A stretch of 63,995 bases of DNA from an uncultured Oscillospiraceae bacterium (GTDB lineage Bacteria > Bacillota > Clostridia > Oscillospirales > Ruminococcaceae): assembly GCA_964370445.1 (NCBI GenBank), contig CAYJJK010000002.1, positions 13,934 through 77,928 on the forward strand, given 5' to 3'. Under the pieces are notes generated by a model, which saw nothing but the letters and a program-made list of their open reading frames with translations, searched no databases and was not told the origin of the DNA. Position 1 is the first letter of the stretch. The number at the start of each line of letters is the position of its first letter. A program made the position numbers and the translations under genes. Positions 43,851-54,336 of the stretch are shown in pieces.

Positions 43851-45388
43851 GCGCTTTCACCCCCTTCAGTGGTTTCTGCAACTTTTTCGTCTTTGTGATG
43901 GCCGGCCATCAAAAGGCCAACCTCTTGAATGGGGGTTTCGTGGTTTACTTCGCCCATAAACTTACCACTATGAATTACAAACACACGGTCGCTTAAAGAA
44001 AAAATTTCGTCTAAATCTGTAGAGATTAAAAGCACGCCTGTGCCGCGTTCTCTTTCTTCTACCAATTTTTTACGCACAAATTCAATGGCACCAATATCCA
44101 ACCCACGTGTTGGTTGGTTTGCCAACATCACTTTAGGCGCCCTTGCCACTTCGCGTGCCAAGATAACCTTTTGCTGATTTCCGCCCGAAAGTCCGCCGGC
44201 CAAATAGTTGATATCCGCTGGGCGTACGTCAAATTCTTTCACAAGTTCTTCAGCATGTGCCTCAATGCTTTTGGTGTCCATCATACCAAGCTTCGTATAC
44301 TGCGCAGAGCGCTGGTTGCTTAGCACAATGTTATCTTTGATGGGATATTGTAAAACAAGCCCTTTTGTATGGCGGTCGTCGGGGATGTGTGCCATGCCTT
44401 CGTCTAAGCGGTGGCGGATGCTTTTGCGTGTTACATCAACATCCGAAAATGCAATCGAACCGCTTTCTACTTTACGCCCACCTGAAATCGCTTCGGCAAG
44501 TTCCAATTGGCCGTTTCCATCCACGCCTGCAATGCCCACAATTTCACCCGAGCGCACCGAAAAACTCAAGTGATCTACAGCAATAAGGCCCTTATCGTTT
44601 TTCACGCACAAGTCTTTTACTATAAGGCGATCTTCACCCGGCTCTTTTGGCTCAACATGACGCTCTAGCGATACATCACGTCCCACCATCATGTGCGCAA
44701 GTTTATCTTTGTCTGTGTCTTGCACAGCAACAGAGCCAACCACTTCACCAAGACGCATAACGGTAACACGGTTGGCATAAGTTAACACTTCGCTCATTTT
44801 ATGGGTGATGAGGATAATGGAATATCCCTCGCTGGCCAAAGTTTGGATGGAAGTAAATAAGTCGGCTGTTTCCTGTGGGGTCAACACAGCTGTAGGTTCA
44901 TCTAAAATCAAAATTTTCGCCTTGCGCATCAGCACTTTTACAATTTCCACCTTTTGTTGCACACCCACGGGCAATTGCCAAATAAGGCTGGCGGGGTCGA
45001 TGTTAAAACCAAAGCGATCACTCAATTCTTGTACGCTGGCATCCAGTTTGCGCCTATTGTGCACAAGGCCAGCCTCTTTCATGCCCAAAAACACGTTTTG
45101 CATAACCGTAAGCTGTGGGATAAGCATAAAGTGCTGGTGCACCATACCAACGCCTTTGGCAATGGCAGCGCTGGGTGAATCGATATTCACCTCTTCACCC
45201 TGCAATTTAATGGTGCCCTCGTCATGGCTATAAAGGCCATACAAGATGTTCATCAGGGTAGATTTTCCTGCTCCATTTTCGCCAAGCAGGGCATGAATTT
45301 CACCCTTTTCTAGCGTAAAATCAACATTTTTGTTCGCGCAGAAATCGCCAAAATATTTGTAAATACCGCGCATTTCAACCACATTCAT
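43844..45388 (-). CDS. ABC transporter ATP-binding protein with duplicated ATPase domains (NupO/RnsB-like)
   Basis: GENGAGKST Walker A, a second degenerate NBD, and LSGGNQQK signatures. 514 aa. Confidence 0.9.
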   Translation of the reverse strand: MNVVEMRGIYKYFGDFCANKNVDFTLEKGEIHALLGENGAGKSTLMNILYGLYSHDEGTIKLQGEEVNIDSPSAAIAKGVGMVHQHFMLIPQLTVMQNVFLGMKEAGLVHNRRKLDASVQELSDRFGFNIDPASLIWQLPVGVQQKVEIVKVLMRKAKILILDEPTAVLTPQETADLFTSIQTLASEGYSIILITHKMSEVLTYANRVTVMRLGEVVGSVAVQDTDKDKLAHMMVGRDVSLERHVEPKEPGEDRLIVKDLCVKNDKGLIAVDHLSFSVRSGEIVGIAGVDGNGQLELAEAISGGRKVESGSIAFSDVDVTRKSIRHRLDEGMAHIPDDRHTKGLVLQYPIKDNIVLSNQRSAQYTKLGMMDTKSIEAHAEELVKEFDVRPADINYLAGGLSGGNQQKVILAREVARAPKVMLANQPTRGLDIGAIEFVRKKLVEERERGTGVLLISTDLDEIFSLSDRVFVIHSGKFMGEVNHETPIQEVGLLMAGHHKDEKVAETTEGGESAC

Positions 45389-45937
45389 TTTCCATACTCC
45401 TTTCCAAAATAAGAAACCGTCACCTTTAAAAGGGGCTGATTCTCTTTAAAAACCAATGATAAAAAACATGTCCGCTCCATCGACAAAACCATTTTAAGTA
45501 ATACCGATTATCGTTTTTTGCAACGTCTCCACAAGAGATTGCTACAATCCGGGAAAATGAAAAACTTGGTCTGTAGCTTCATTTCTTTTTAAAGCAACGA
45601 TAATGCGCCAAGCAACATGCTTTCGGGAACTCCTCTCTCCCTTTGCTTCTTGCAACAGCGTTCTTTCATAGAATCAAATATCTTGTAGTACCATATGCTT
45701 ATTCAGTTTACTATCTTGTTCACAGAAAATCAATGTTTTAAGATACAATTCATGCATTCTACCAAATAAATACCTGTAAATTTGTGTATAATCCCAGAAG
45801 CCTACCCTTCACAGCTCTTCATATCCCACAAAAAAGCTTGTTCTTTTGATGCTAAAATGATATAATTGAACAAATTTCGAAAACGCCTAGTGTTGTACTA
45901 CATTGTCTCACGATGGTGTTGAGAGGGGATAACAAGA

Positions 45938-46678
45938 ATGGATCAATTGAGCATCAAGCAAGTGGAAAACTCTCAACTTTCTCACCGCACTAAAATGGCC
46001 TTGCTCGATCTAATACGAGATGAAAAAAATGCAAATCAGCCATTTAAATTACCCAATGAAGGCGAACTATCTCAGCGCCTTGGTGTAAGCCGCAATGTGT
46101 TGCGTGATGCACTGATGAGCCTTGAAGAAATGGGTGTTGTAACAAGAAGGCGAAGCAAGGGCACCATAGCAAGCCCACAGTTGGCCTGTGCAACAGGCCG
46201 GCTAGACACATATCCCGAACTGCTTACAATGATCAGCGACGCCGGGTACCCCGCCCGTTCCGAAACCGTGCGCATGGGCTATGTATTTGAAAAAGAATCT
46301 GCATTTGAAAACGATGACATGTATTTGAACGTAGAAAAATTGTTTTTCGCCGGAAACATCCCCGTTGCCTACTGCATAGATCACATGCCCAGCTCGTTTA
46401 CCCAAGGTGCCGGCGACGACATTATGGAATTGCGTAATCTTACTCATTACGAGTTTTTGGAAAAGCGATGTAATACCTCCTTGGCCTACACCATGGTAAA
46501 TGTAAACGCTGTGGTGCCACAGCCCTGGCTATGTGAACTGCTCAAGCCAAACCCAGAGGAAGCCGTTTTATTTTTAGATGATTACGCCTACAACTACGAT
46601 CATGCTATCATCGTACATTCTCATATTTATTTACGAAACAATATTTTACAACCAAAGTTCCTGCGTAAAAGTTGGTAA
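45938..46678 (+). CDS. GntR-family regulator (HutC/UTRA subfamily)
   Basis: LPNEGELSQRLGVSRNVLRDALMSLEEMGVVTRRRSKGT is the winged helix, followed by a UTRA-like C-terminal half. Confidence 0.8.
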   Translation: MDQLSIKQVENSQLSHRTKMALLDLIRDEKNANQPFKLPNEGELSQRLGVSRNVLRDALMSLEEMGVVTRRRSKGTIASPQLACATGRLDTYPELLTMISDAGYPARSETVRMGYVFEKESAFENDDMYLNVEKLFFAGNIPVAYCIDHMPSSFTQGAGDDIMELRNLTHYEFLEKRCNTSLAYTMVNVNAVVPQPWLCELLKPNPEEAVLFLDDYAYNYDHAIIVHSHIYLRNNILQPKFLRKSW

Positions 46679-46817
46679 TGTTTTGTACAAAGGATACTTC
46701 TGCTGCACATACTAACAAATCAAAAACCATGGGTTTACTTTGTTCTACCACGCACCAGCTTGTATGCGTATGCTGTAAGACCTTTTGATGGCTTACACCT
46801 TGCACATAGGCAACAAT

Positions 46818-46849
46818 TTATAACCCACCCATTTTATAACCCACCCATT
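46818..46849. repeat. Perfect 16-bp tandem direct repeat upstream of the chemoreceptor promoter
   Basis: TTATAACCCACCCATT x2. Confidence 0.9.
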
Positions 46850-46891
46850 AAAATAAGTACATAGAGTACTATAGTTTGATCAGTTTTATAC

Positions 46892-46920
46892 TTGTGAATT
46901 ATTTGTGAAACTGCTATACT
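46892..46920 (+). promoter_or_regulatory. Chemoreceptor gene promoter
   Basis: TTGTGA-17 nt-TATACT. Confidence 0.55.
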
Positions 46921-46985
46921 AAATGTAAGTAAAGCCTGTTTTGGGCTAGCTCATCACAATATCTGTTAGGGAACAGAGGAGGCAT

Positions 46986-49049
46986 ATGATGAAATCCATC
47001 AAATCAAAAATTTTGGCACTGTCTTTATCTCTACTGCTCATCAGTATTATTGTCATCAGCAGCATTTCCATTTTCAGTACCTATCTTAGCACCATGACAG
47101 CTTTAGAAGAATCCATGAGAGGCACCATCGACGCCGCTTCTGATATGATGGATGTTCAGCTGAACGCCTATGTAAGCATGGCAAAACAATTTGCCAGCGA
47201 CCCCGTTTTAACACAAGAAATCCCCGCCGAAGGCGAAGAGAATGCCGCCGGGCAAACACGCACTGAAGTGGTCAATGAAATGGCTGCACACTTTGAAGAA
47301 ATTATGGCTTTGCACGGATATGACGCCATGCAAGTTTTTGATGAAAACGGCATAGCCGCTACCCTTGGCGCAGATTATTCTGCCGATCCACTTTTTACCT
47401 ACCCAAAAGAAACAGGTGAAGTTTATATTGCAGACCCCACTGTGAACCCGGAAAGTGGCGTCTTAACCATGCCCATCACAGCCCCCATTATGCGAGATGG
47501 TGAGTTTGGCGGTGTGGTGCTGTATGCCATAAATCCCGAAGTTCTTTCTTCCATTGTCTCCAAATTGGCTGTAGGTGAAGGCAGCAGCACCACCATCATC
47601 GACAGCGCCGGCAACACCATTGCATACAATGATGTGCAACTGGTTTTAGACAGCTATAATCTGATTGAAGAAGCCCAAAGCGACCCATCCTTAAGTGCTC
47701 TTGCCGAGGTAGAGCGCGATTTGATGGCAGGCGGTGAAGGTTTTTCTTCGGTAACCTATGACGGCATTGAGCAATTTGCTGCATATACCCCCATCGATAA
47801 CTCCAACGGCTGGGGTATCTATATCATGACCGAACAACAAAACTACCTGTCACAGCTTGTCATTTCGGTGGTTTTCATCATCATCCTCAGCATTATAATT
47901 TTAGTTATTTCCACCATTGTCATCATCATGGTTGCTGGTAAAATCGCAAAACCGATTTCCCTTTGCGCAGACAGGCTAAGCAAAGTGGCTGAAGGCGATT
48001 TGAAGTCGCCCATGCCAAACGTCAAAAGCAATGATGAGGTGGGTGTTTTGGCCAAAGCCACTGGCACAATTGTCAATTCCATCTCGGTGATGATTACCGA
48101 TTTGGATTACAACCTAGAAGAAATGAGTGCCGGTAATTTTGCAGTAAAAAGCCGTGCCGAAGAATATTATGTGGGCGACTTTGCCTCGCTAAAAGTATCG
48201 CTTGCCACCATTGCAAATAAGCTTTCGCAAACTTTACGTAGAATCAACGATGTATCTGACCAAGTAAATGATGGCAACAACCAGGTTTCTATGAGTGCTC
48301 AGTCGCTCGCACATGGTTCTATCCAGCAAGCCTCGGCCGTAGAACAATTGTCTGCCACCATTGATGAAATATCCGAAAAAGTAATGGAAACCGCACAAGA
48401 CTCTCAAAAAGCAAAAGTTGCTAATGATAAATCTCAAGATGCACTTACCCAAAGCAACGAGCAAATGCAACGTATGGTTGTGGCTATGGGTAACATCAAC
48501 GAAAAATCTGCCGAAATTAGTAAAATCATCAAAACAATTGATGATATTGCCTTCCAAACCAACATACTATCGCTGAATGCCGCTGTAGAAGCTGCACGCG
48601 CCGGTGCCGCCGGCAAAGGCTTTGCCGTGGTGGCAGACGAAGTGCGCAACCTCGCTACAAAATCAGCTCAATCAGCCAAAGATACTGCCTCACTGATTGA
48701 AGAAACAGTAAGCGTTGTAGAAGTGGGCAACGAGATTGCCACCTCTACCTCTGAATCTATCACTCTGGCCATCGAAAATGCAAACGAGCTTGGCTCCCTC
48801 GTGGATAGCATCGCCACAGCCTCTACCTCGCAGGCAGAAGGTGCCAAACAAATTGGCATTGGTATTGCACAAATTTCAGAGGTAGTTCAAACAAACTCCG
48901 CTACTTCAGAAGAAAGCGCCGCCATCAGCGAGGAGCTTTCCAGCCAGTCACAAATGCTGAAACAACTAATTTCCGGCTTCACCCTAAGCGATGAAACCCC
49001 TGCTATCGAAAACACAGCACCTCAGGTGCCGATGATCGAAAATCAGTAA
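46986..49049 (+). CDS. Methyl-accepting chemotaxis protein (Cache-type sensor, HAMP, MA domain)
   Basis: Two TM segments flank an extracytoplasmic domain of about 270 aa. The signalling domain is [40 protein letters not shown]. Confidence 0.9.
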   Translation: MMKSIKSKILALSLSLLLISIIVISSISIFSTYLSTMTALEESMRGTIDAASDMMDVQLNAYVSMAKQFASDPVLTQEIPAEGEENAAGQTRTEVVNEMAAHFEEIMALHGYDAMQVFDENGIAATLGADYSADPLFTYPKETGEVYIADPTVNPESGVLTMPITAPIMRDGEFGGVVLYAINPEVLSSIVSKLAVGEGSSTTIIDSAGNTIAYNDVQLVLDSYNLIEEAQSDPSLSALAEVERDLMAGGEGFSSVTYDGIEQFAAYTPIDNSNGWGIYIMTEQQNYLSQLVISVVFIIILSIIILVISTIVIIMVAGKIAKPISLCADRLSKVAEGDLKSPMPNVKSNDEVGVLAKATGTIVNSISVMITDLDYNLEEMSAGNFAVKSRAEEYYVGDFASLKVSLATIANKLSQTLRRINDVSDQVNDGNNQVSMSAQSLAHGSIQQASAVEQLSATIDEISEKVMETAQDSQKAKVANDKSQDALTQSNEQMQRMVVAMGNINEKSAEISKIIKTIDDIAFQTNILSLNAAVEAARAGAAGKGFAVVADEVRNLATKSAQSAKDTASLIEETVSVVEVGNEIATSTSESITLAIENANELGSLVDSIATASTSQAEGAKQIGIGIAQISEVVQTNSATSEESAAISEELSSQSQMLKQLISGFTLSDETPAIENTAPQVPMIENQ

Positions 49050-49070
49050 TGTGATTGTGTGAAATCGAAA

Positions 49071-49135
49071 CACCTTGAACCCCCCTTTTCTTCGAAAGAA
49101 GAGGGGGGTTCAAGGTTGCCCCAAAAACTTTTATA
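49071..49135 (+). repeat. Intergenic structured repeat, type A, copy 2
   Basis: CCTTGAACCCCCCTTTTCTT-CGAA-AGAAGAGGGGGGTTCAAGG, then TTGCCCCAAAAACTTTTATATG. Confidence 0.75.
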
Positions 49136-49345
49136 TGAAATCAATTCTAAAAATATCACCAACGGAAACAAGCTGTCTGTAACACATGAAAGCTGTCAAA
49201 ACATAGCTTTATCAAAATCACTTTAACCCCAAAGTTTTGCTCAAGAACTTTGAATGCGTCTTCCTATATAGTTGTCTTGCCATTTTTCTTATGCTGTGAT
49301 ATGCTTTTGATATGGTTTTACAGCAGTGAGGGGGAGTATAAGGAT

Positions 49346-50866
49346 ATGGAATATGTAGGTACAATTTGGGCATTATTAGCGCCGGTAATTGCCATCACGT
49401 TGGCGCTCATCACAAAAGAGGTATATTTATCTTTATTTATTGGCATTTTAACGGGTGCTGCGTTGTACACCAATTTCTCGTTCATGGGCACAATCGAAAT
49501 GGTATTCACCGTACTCATGGAACGTTTGGGAGACGCATGGAATATTGGCATACTTATATTTTTAGTATTTTTAGGTATCATTGTAACCCTAATGAACCGC
49601 GCGGGCGGCAGTGCGGCTTACGGGCGCTTTGCCACAAAGCACATCCACTCTAAACGCGGTGCCTCTTTGGCAACATTCGGCCTAGGTTCGCTTATATTTG
49701 TAGATGATTATTTCAATTGTCTCACGGTGGGCAGCGTCATGCGCCCTGTAACAGATGAATTCAAAATTTCTCGTGCAAAGCTAGCCTATATCATAGATTC
49801 CACGGCTGCGCCCATTTGCATCATTGCTCCAATTTCTTCTTGGGCGGCCGCAGTTACAGGATACACCTCGGGCGACGGGTTTGCATTATTTTTGCAAACC
49901 ATTCCCTATAATTTGTATGCATGGTTTACATTGCTTATGGTGTTTGCCATTTCATTCACCGGACGAGATTTTGGATTGATGAAAAAACATGAAACTGCCG
50001 CTGAAGGGGGCGATTTATTCAGCGGCAGCAACGACTATGAAACAGCCGATACACACCCTGTTTCCGACAAGGGAAAGGTGATTGATCTTGTATTACCTGT
50101 GGTGGCGTTGATTACTTTTTGTACGATAGGCCTTGTTTACACAGGTGGGTTTTTCAGTGGTGAAGGCATCTCTTTCGTGGAAGCTTTTGCCGGCAGCAAC
50201 GCATCAATGGGACTTGTGCTTGGTTCATTTTTCACATTAATTATGATGTTTTTTCTATATTTACCTCGCAAGATCTTGTCCTTCCGCTCCTTCACCGATT
50301 GTTTCCCTGCGGGTTTCCGCGTGATGGTCTCGCCTATTTTGATATTGGCATTAGCATGGACGCTGGGAGGTATTTGTCGCGACTATTTAGATGCAGGTGG
50401 ATTTGTAAGCTCTATCCTCAGTGGCTCTGCTATGCTCAGCAGTTTATTGCCGGCCTTGCTATTTTTAATCGCCCTTGGGCTTGCTTTCTCCACAGGCACT
50501 TCTTGGGGCACTTTCGGCATCTTAATTCCAATTGTTACCGACGTTTTTGTAGAAGGTGACCCACTTTTGGTGATGTGTATTGCGGCTGTTTTGGCAGGGG
50601 CCGTATGTGGCGATCATATTTCCCCCATTTCCGACACCACCATCATGGCTTCGGCCGGTGCGCAATGCAATCATGTCACACATGTCAGCACACAAATTCC
50701 ATATGCGCTCACAGTGGCGTGTGCCAGTTTTATCGGTTACATTATTTTGGGCTTTACAAAAAATGGTGTATTGGCCATTGTGGCAAGCCTTGCCGTGTTG
50801 GCAGCTTTGTTTTTCCTTCTTTTTAAAAAAGACAGCCCGGCACAGGGCGCACCTGCAAAGGAATAA
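49346..50866 (+). CDS. NhaC-family Na+/H+ antiporter-like transporter
   Basis: The likely start is MEYVGTIWALLAPVIAITLALITKEVYLSLFIGIL. About 12 TM segments. Confidence 0.75.
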   Translation: MEYVGTIWALLAPVIAITLALITKEVYLSLFIGILTGAALYTNFSFMGTIEMVFTVLMERLGDAWNIGILIFLVFLGIIVTLMNRAGGSAAYGRFATKHIHSKRGASLATFGLGSLIFVDDYFNCLTVGSVMRPVTDEFKISRAKLAYIIDSTAAPICIIAPISSWAAAVTGYTSGDGFALFLQTIPYNLYAWFTLLMVFAISFTGRDFGLMKKHETAAEGGDLFSGSNDYETADTHPVSDKGKVIDLVLPVVALITFCTIGLVYTGGFFSGEGISFVEAFAGSNASMGLVLGSFFTLIMMFFLYLPRKILSFRSFTDCFPAGFRVMVSPILILALAWTLGGICRDYLDAGGFVSSILSGSAMLSSLLPALLFLIALGLAFSTGTSWGTFGILIPIVTDVFVEGDPLLVMCIAAVLAGAVCGDHISPISDTTIMASAGAQCNHVTHVSTQIPYALTVACASFIGYIILGFTKNGVLAIVASLAVLAALFFLLFKKDSPAQGAPAKE

Positions 50867-50949
50867 GAGTGTTTTTTGCAGGAAGACAGAGCACCAATTT
50901 TATGATATAATAGATAGATAATGCAAAATGACAGCCAGAGGAGAAAAAC

Positions 50950-52497
50950 ATGAGCGAACAACATAACCGGCCCAAACATTCGCCGGAAGAAAAAGACTAT
51001 AATGAACTGGTAGCAGTGCGCCGTGAAAAGTTGCGCACGCTGCAAGAAGAAGGGCGCGACCCCTTTTTACACACCAAATATCCGCAAGACAGTTTTGCCG
51101 CTGAAGTAAAAGACAACTTTCAAGACCCTGCTGAAGGCGAAAAGCTGCGTCGTGTTTCTATGGCAGGCCGCATGATGAGCAAACGTGTAATGGGCAAGGC
51201 CAGTTTTGCCGATTTACACGATACCAGCGGCACCATTCAGATGTACATCAAGCGCGACGACATAGGTGAAGATTTTTATAAGGAATTTAAAAAATTTGAT
51301 ATAGGTGACATCGTGGGTGTAAAAGGAGATATTTTTCGCACCAAAATGGGCGAAATCTCCATACATGTGTATGAAATTGTGTTACTTGCCAAAAGCCTTT
51401 TACCCCTACCCGAAAAATTTCATGGCCTAAAAGACCATGAACTGCGCTATCGCCAGCGGCACCTTGATTTGATTGTAAATCCCGAGGTGCGAGACACCTT
51501 TGTTTTGCGTAGCCGAATCATTGCAGAAATACGCCGCTATTTAGATGAGCGTGGCTTTATGGAAGTGGAAACCCCGATTTTGCAGGTGCAGGCCGGCGGT
51601 GCTTCGGCACGCCCATTCATCACCCACCACAACACTCTCGATATCCAAATGTATCTGCGTATTGCACTGGAACTTTACCTAAAACGTCTCATTGTGGGCG
51701 GTATAGACCGTGTGTATGAAATTGGCCGCAATTTCCGCAACGAAGGCATGGACCATAGCCATAACCCAGAGTTTACCATGATGGAATTATACCAAGCGTA
51801 TACAGATTATGAGGGTATGATGGATTTATGTGAAAGCCTGATGCGACATGTAGCGAAAACAACACTGGCAAATTGTTCGGCTGTGCCCTATAAGGGTTAT
51901 GAAATTGACCTTGAAAGTCCCTTTAGGCGTGTATCAATGAGAGATGCCGTGGAGGAAAAATTGGGTGTAGGATGGGAAGCTTTAAGCCTTGAAGAAGCGC
52001 AAGCCCACGCCAAAAAGAACCACATTGAATTTGAAACTTGGCACAGCAAGGGCGAACTATTAAACTTTTTGTTTGAAGTTCTTTGCGAGGAAGATTTGAT
52101 ACAGCCCACATTCTTAACAGGGCACCCGGTGGAGATCTCTCCGCTCTCTAAAAAAGATCCTTTAAACCCAGGCTATACAGAGCGCTTTGAGCTATTTATT
52201 GCAGGCAGTGAGTTTGCAAACGCTTTTTCTGAATTAAACGACCCCATCGACCAACGCGAGCGGTTTGAGTATCAAGAGATGTTAAAACAACGTGGCGATG
52301 AAGAGGCCTCGGGTGTTGATGAAGATTTTCTCACGGCGCTCGAATATGGAATGCCCCCTACAGGCGGCATTGGCATTGGCATCGACCGTTTTGTGATGTT
52401 GCTTTCCGGACGCGAAAGTATCCGCGACGTGCTGTTGTTCCCTACAATGAAGCCAACCGCACCACGTGCTACGCACATAGAAGAGCACGAAACATAG
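50950..52497 (+). CDS. lysS: Lysine--tRNA ligase (class II)
   Basis: OB-fold N-domain, class II motifs FRNEG, ...GGIGIGIDRFVMLL. 515 aa. Confidence 0.95.
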   Translation: MSEQHNRPKHSPEEKDYNELVAVRREKLRTLQEEGRDPFLHTKYPQDSFAAEVKDNFQDPAEGEKLRRVSMAGRMMSKRVMGKASFADLHDTSGTIQMYIKRDDIGEDFYKEFKKFDIGDIVGVKGDIFRTKMGEISIHVYEIVLLAKSLLPLPEKFHGLKDHELRYRQRHLDLIVNPEVRDTFVLRSRIIAEIRRYLDERGFMEVETPILQVQAGGASARPFITHHNTLDIQMYLRIALELYLKRLIVGGIDRVYEIGRNFRNEGMDHSHNPEFTMMELYQAYTDYEGMMDLCESLMRHVAKTTLANCSAVPYKGYEIDLESPFRRVSMRDAVEEKLGVGWEALSLEEAQAHAKKNHIEFETWHSKGELLNFLFEVLCEEDLIQPTFLTGHPVEISPLSKKDPLNPGYTERFELFIAGSEFANAFSELNDPIDQRERFEYQEMLKQRGDEEASGVDEDFLTALEYGMPPTGGIGIGIDRFVMLLSGRESIRDVLLFPTMKPTAPRATHIEEHET

Positions 52498-52745
52498 GCC
52501 TTTGTAGCGCCTAACCAGCCCTGCATAGACACAGCACAAAACCTTACTTTTCAATTGAAAACCCTTTCAAAAATTTTCTCAAAGTGTAGCTTTGTAATTT
52601 GGCTATCTTTTGTAACAAACCAACATCCCACATATCCACACACTCGGCTGCTTTCACAAAAATAGCAGAGTGTGTGTGATAGAGTCCGTGTGGCCTTTGG
52701 GGTGTGTGACAAAGCTCGCACGCAATATTAATGTAGGAGAATCGC

Positions 52746-53171
52746 ATGAAAATCATGGCAGTAGATTATGGCGATGCCCGAACGGGGCTTGCCGTTTGTG
52801 ACCGTACCGAAACACTTTCCAGCCCTGTGGGTGTAATCGAGGAAAAAGGCATGGCGAAAGTAGCTGAAAAAATCATACATGCCAGCCGCGAATTTGATGT
52901 GGGCATGGTGGTGCTGGGCCTCCCCAAAAATATGGACGGTAGTGAGGGCCCGCGCGCTGAAAAAACACGCAAACTGGGCGCTATTTTAACACCACTGCTA
53001 TCGGTTCCGCTGGAGTATTGGGACGAGCGCAACACCACCAAAACAGCACATGGCCTTTTGGGAGACGCCGGTGCCTACGGCAAAAAACGAAAAGCTGTTT
53101 TAGACGCCGTGGCTGCCACCGTTATTTTAGACAATTACTTGGCAAAACGACGTAATGAAGGTGCGCAATAG
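52746..53171 (+). CDS. ruvX: Holliday-junction resolvase-like nuclease YqgF/RuvX
   Basis: MKIMAVDYGDARTGLAVCD...GLPKNMDGSEGPRAEKTRKLG...DERNTTKTA. Confidence 0.9.
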   Translation: MKIMAVDYGDARTGLAVCDRTETLSSPVGVIEEKGMAKVAEKIIHASREFDVGMVVLGLPKNMDGSEGPRAEKTRKLGAILTPLLSVPLEYWDERNTTKTAHGLLGDAGAYGKKRKAVLDAVAATVILDNYLAKRRNEGAQ

Positions 53172-53421
53172 CGCATCTTTTTTTATATGTACTGCCGCTG
53201 GGTGATAAACGCAAAAAGATAGTGTGAGTCTCATGTTTTTAAAAATCACACCAAATACTCTATGCTGCACCTATGGGCAAAAACCGCTTACACCATCCTT
53301 TTCAGTAAAACAGCAGAACATTCTCATAGAATCATGTCCTAATTTCATATTTTTTTAGTTATTTTTTTATTTGTTTAAATTAATATCAAAATTTATTCAC
53401 AATTACAAGGTATACTAAATC

Positions 53422-53713
53422 GTGTTCTAAAATAAACGATTCGCAATATGAATGCTTTCTTTGTGGATATTATTTTATGAGCATGTTCTGGTTTTACACT
53501 TTATATGCTCAAAGTGTTTTATCTCTACCATTGTTTTACGCACAAGCGGCTTGCGGCTGTTTGTGCAGAGTTCTAAGCGGGAGTTGCCCCGTTATGCATC
53601 ACCCACCCTGCCGCCCCGGCAAGCTTCGGCGCGGCAGACCACATACTTTCCGTTTTTATGAACGGTTTTAATAAATGTTTTGCCGGCCCTTTTATTGGGG
53701 CCGGTTTTGCTTT
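53422..53713 (+). ncRNA. Candidate sRNA 1 (about 290 nt); paralogue of the next element, class unknown
   Basis: TATACT box at 53411-53416 within a 25-nt block shared with the paralogue. Conserved 3' core GGGAGTTGCCCC / CTGCCGCC...GCGGCAGAC / CCGTTT..AACGG. Intrinsic terminator CCGGCCC-N8-GGGCCGG+TTTTGCTTT at 53683-53713. Confidence 0.4.
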
Positions 53714-53976
53714 CATCACTTACAACGTCAAAAGTTTTCCATATCTTATGTTTTCAAAAAGGCTCAACACTTTTTAACCAGCTTTCAGCGGGCTTATAAC
53801 TGTATAAAGCCATGAGGAAAACACACCTCACAAACCTAGTGATATCACAAAAATACAACAAAATTTCTCTTTCAGTCGCAAAAAACGACACCAGTTTCAC
53901 AGCATTTACACATTAAGTTTGGAAAAGGTTCAAAAACAAATCAAAAAAAATTCATATTTCAAAGGTATACTAAAAC

Positions 53977-54260
53977 ACGTCATAGAACACAGCTACAAAC
54001 TTCGGCTTGTACCTGAAAAAGGAGGGGATAGTCAAAGCACATCCATCTTGTGCGGCGAGCTTTGCACGTTACGGCTGCGGCCGAAAATTACAGTAAATAG
54101 GGACTTGCCCCATAAAATTTACTGCCGCCTTGGCAACGTCAACGCGGCAGACAACCAATTCACCGTTTATAAACGGTTTATATAAAAGTTACACCAAAAT
54201 CACGCTTTGTCCCAAAACAAAAACCCCTTTTCATTTAAAGAAAGGGGTTTTTGTTTTTTT
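53977..54260 (+). ncRNA. Candidate sRNA 2 (about 285 nt); paralogue of sRNA 1
   Basis: TATACT at 53966-53971. The same conserved core (GGGACTTGCCCC, CTGCCGCC...GCGGCAGAC, CCGTTTATAAACGG). Terminator AACCCCTTT-N10-AAAGGGGTT+TTTGTTTTTTT at 54221-54260. Confidence 0.4.
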
Positions 54261-54336
54261 GTAAGCCACCCTATCCCACCTATGTATTTTGGGGTATTTG
54301 GGGCAGCGTATTTCTCATCCATTTGATAAAACTATC

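Noticed and set aside
52544-52756. The 70-aa minus-strand ORF between lysS and ruvX.
   Set aside because: It has no SD, overlaps the ruvX start, and spans a degenerate copy of the type B palindrome. It is more likely non-coding.
53452-54185. Track ORFs 53452-53661, 53477-53671 and 53919-54185 considered as small proteins.
   Set aside because: They have no SD at a usable distance. The blocks conserved between the two paralogous units fall in different reading frames, which indicates RNA-level conservation.
53540-54190. The conserved GC-rich core considered as a NiCo/czcD-type metal riboswitch, because a CDF transporter gene is nearby.
   Set aside because: The elements are on the opposite strand to the CDF gene and are separated from it by the aminotransferase gene. 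Each ends in its own terminator with no downstream ORF. I cannot reproduce the czcD consensus from memory well enough to claim a match.
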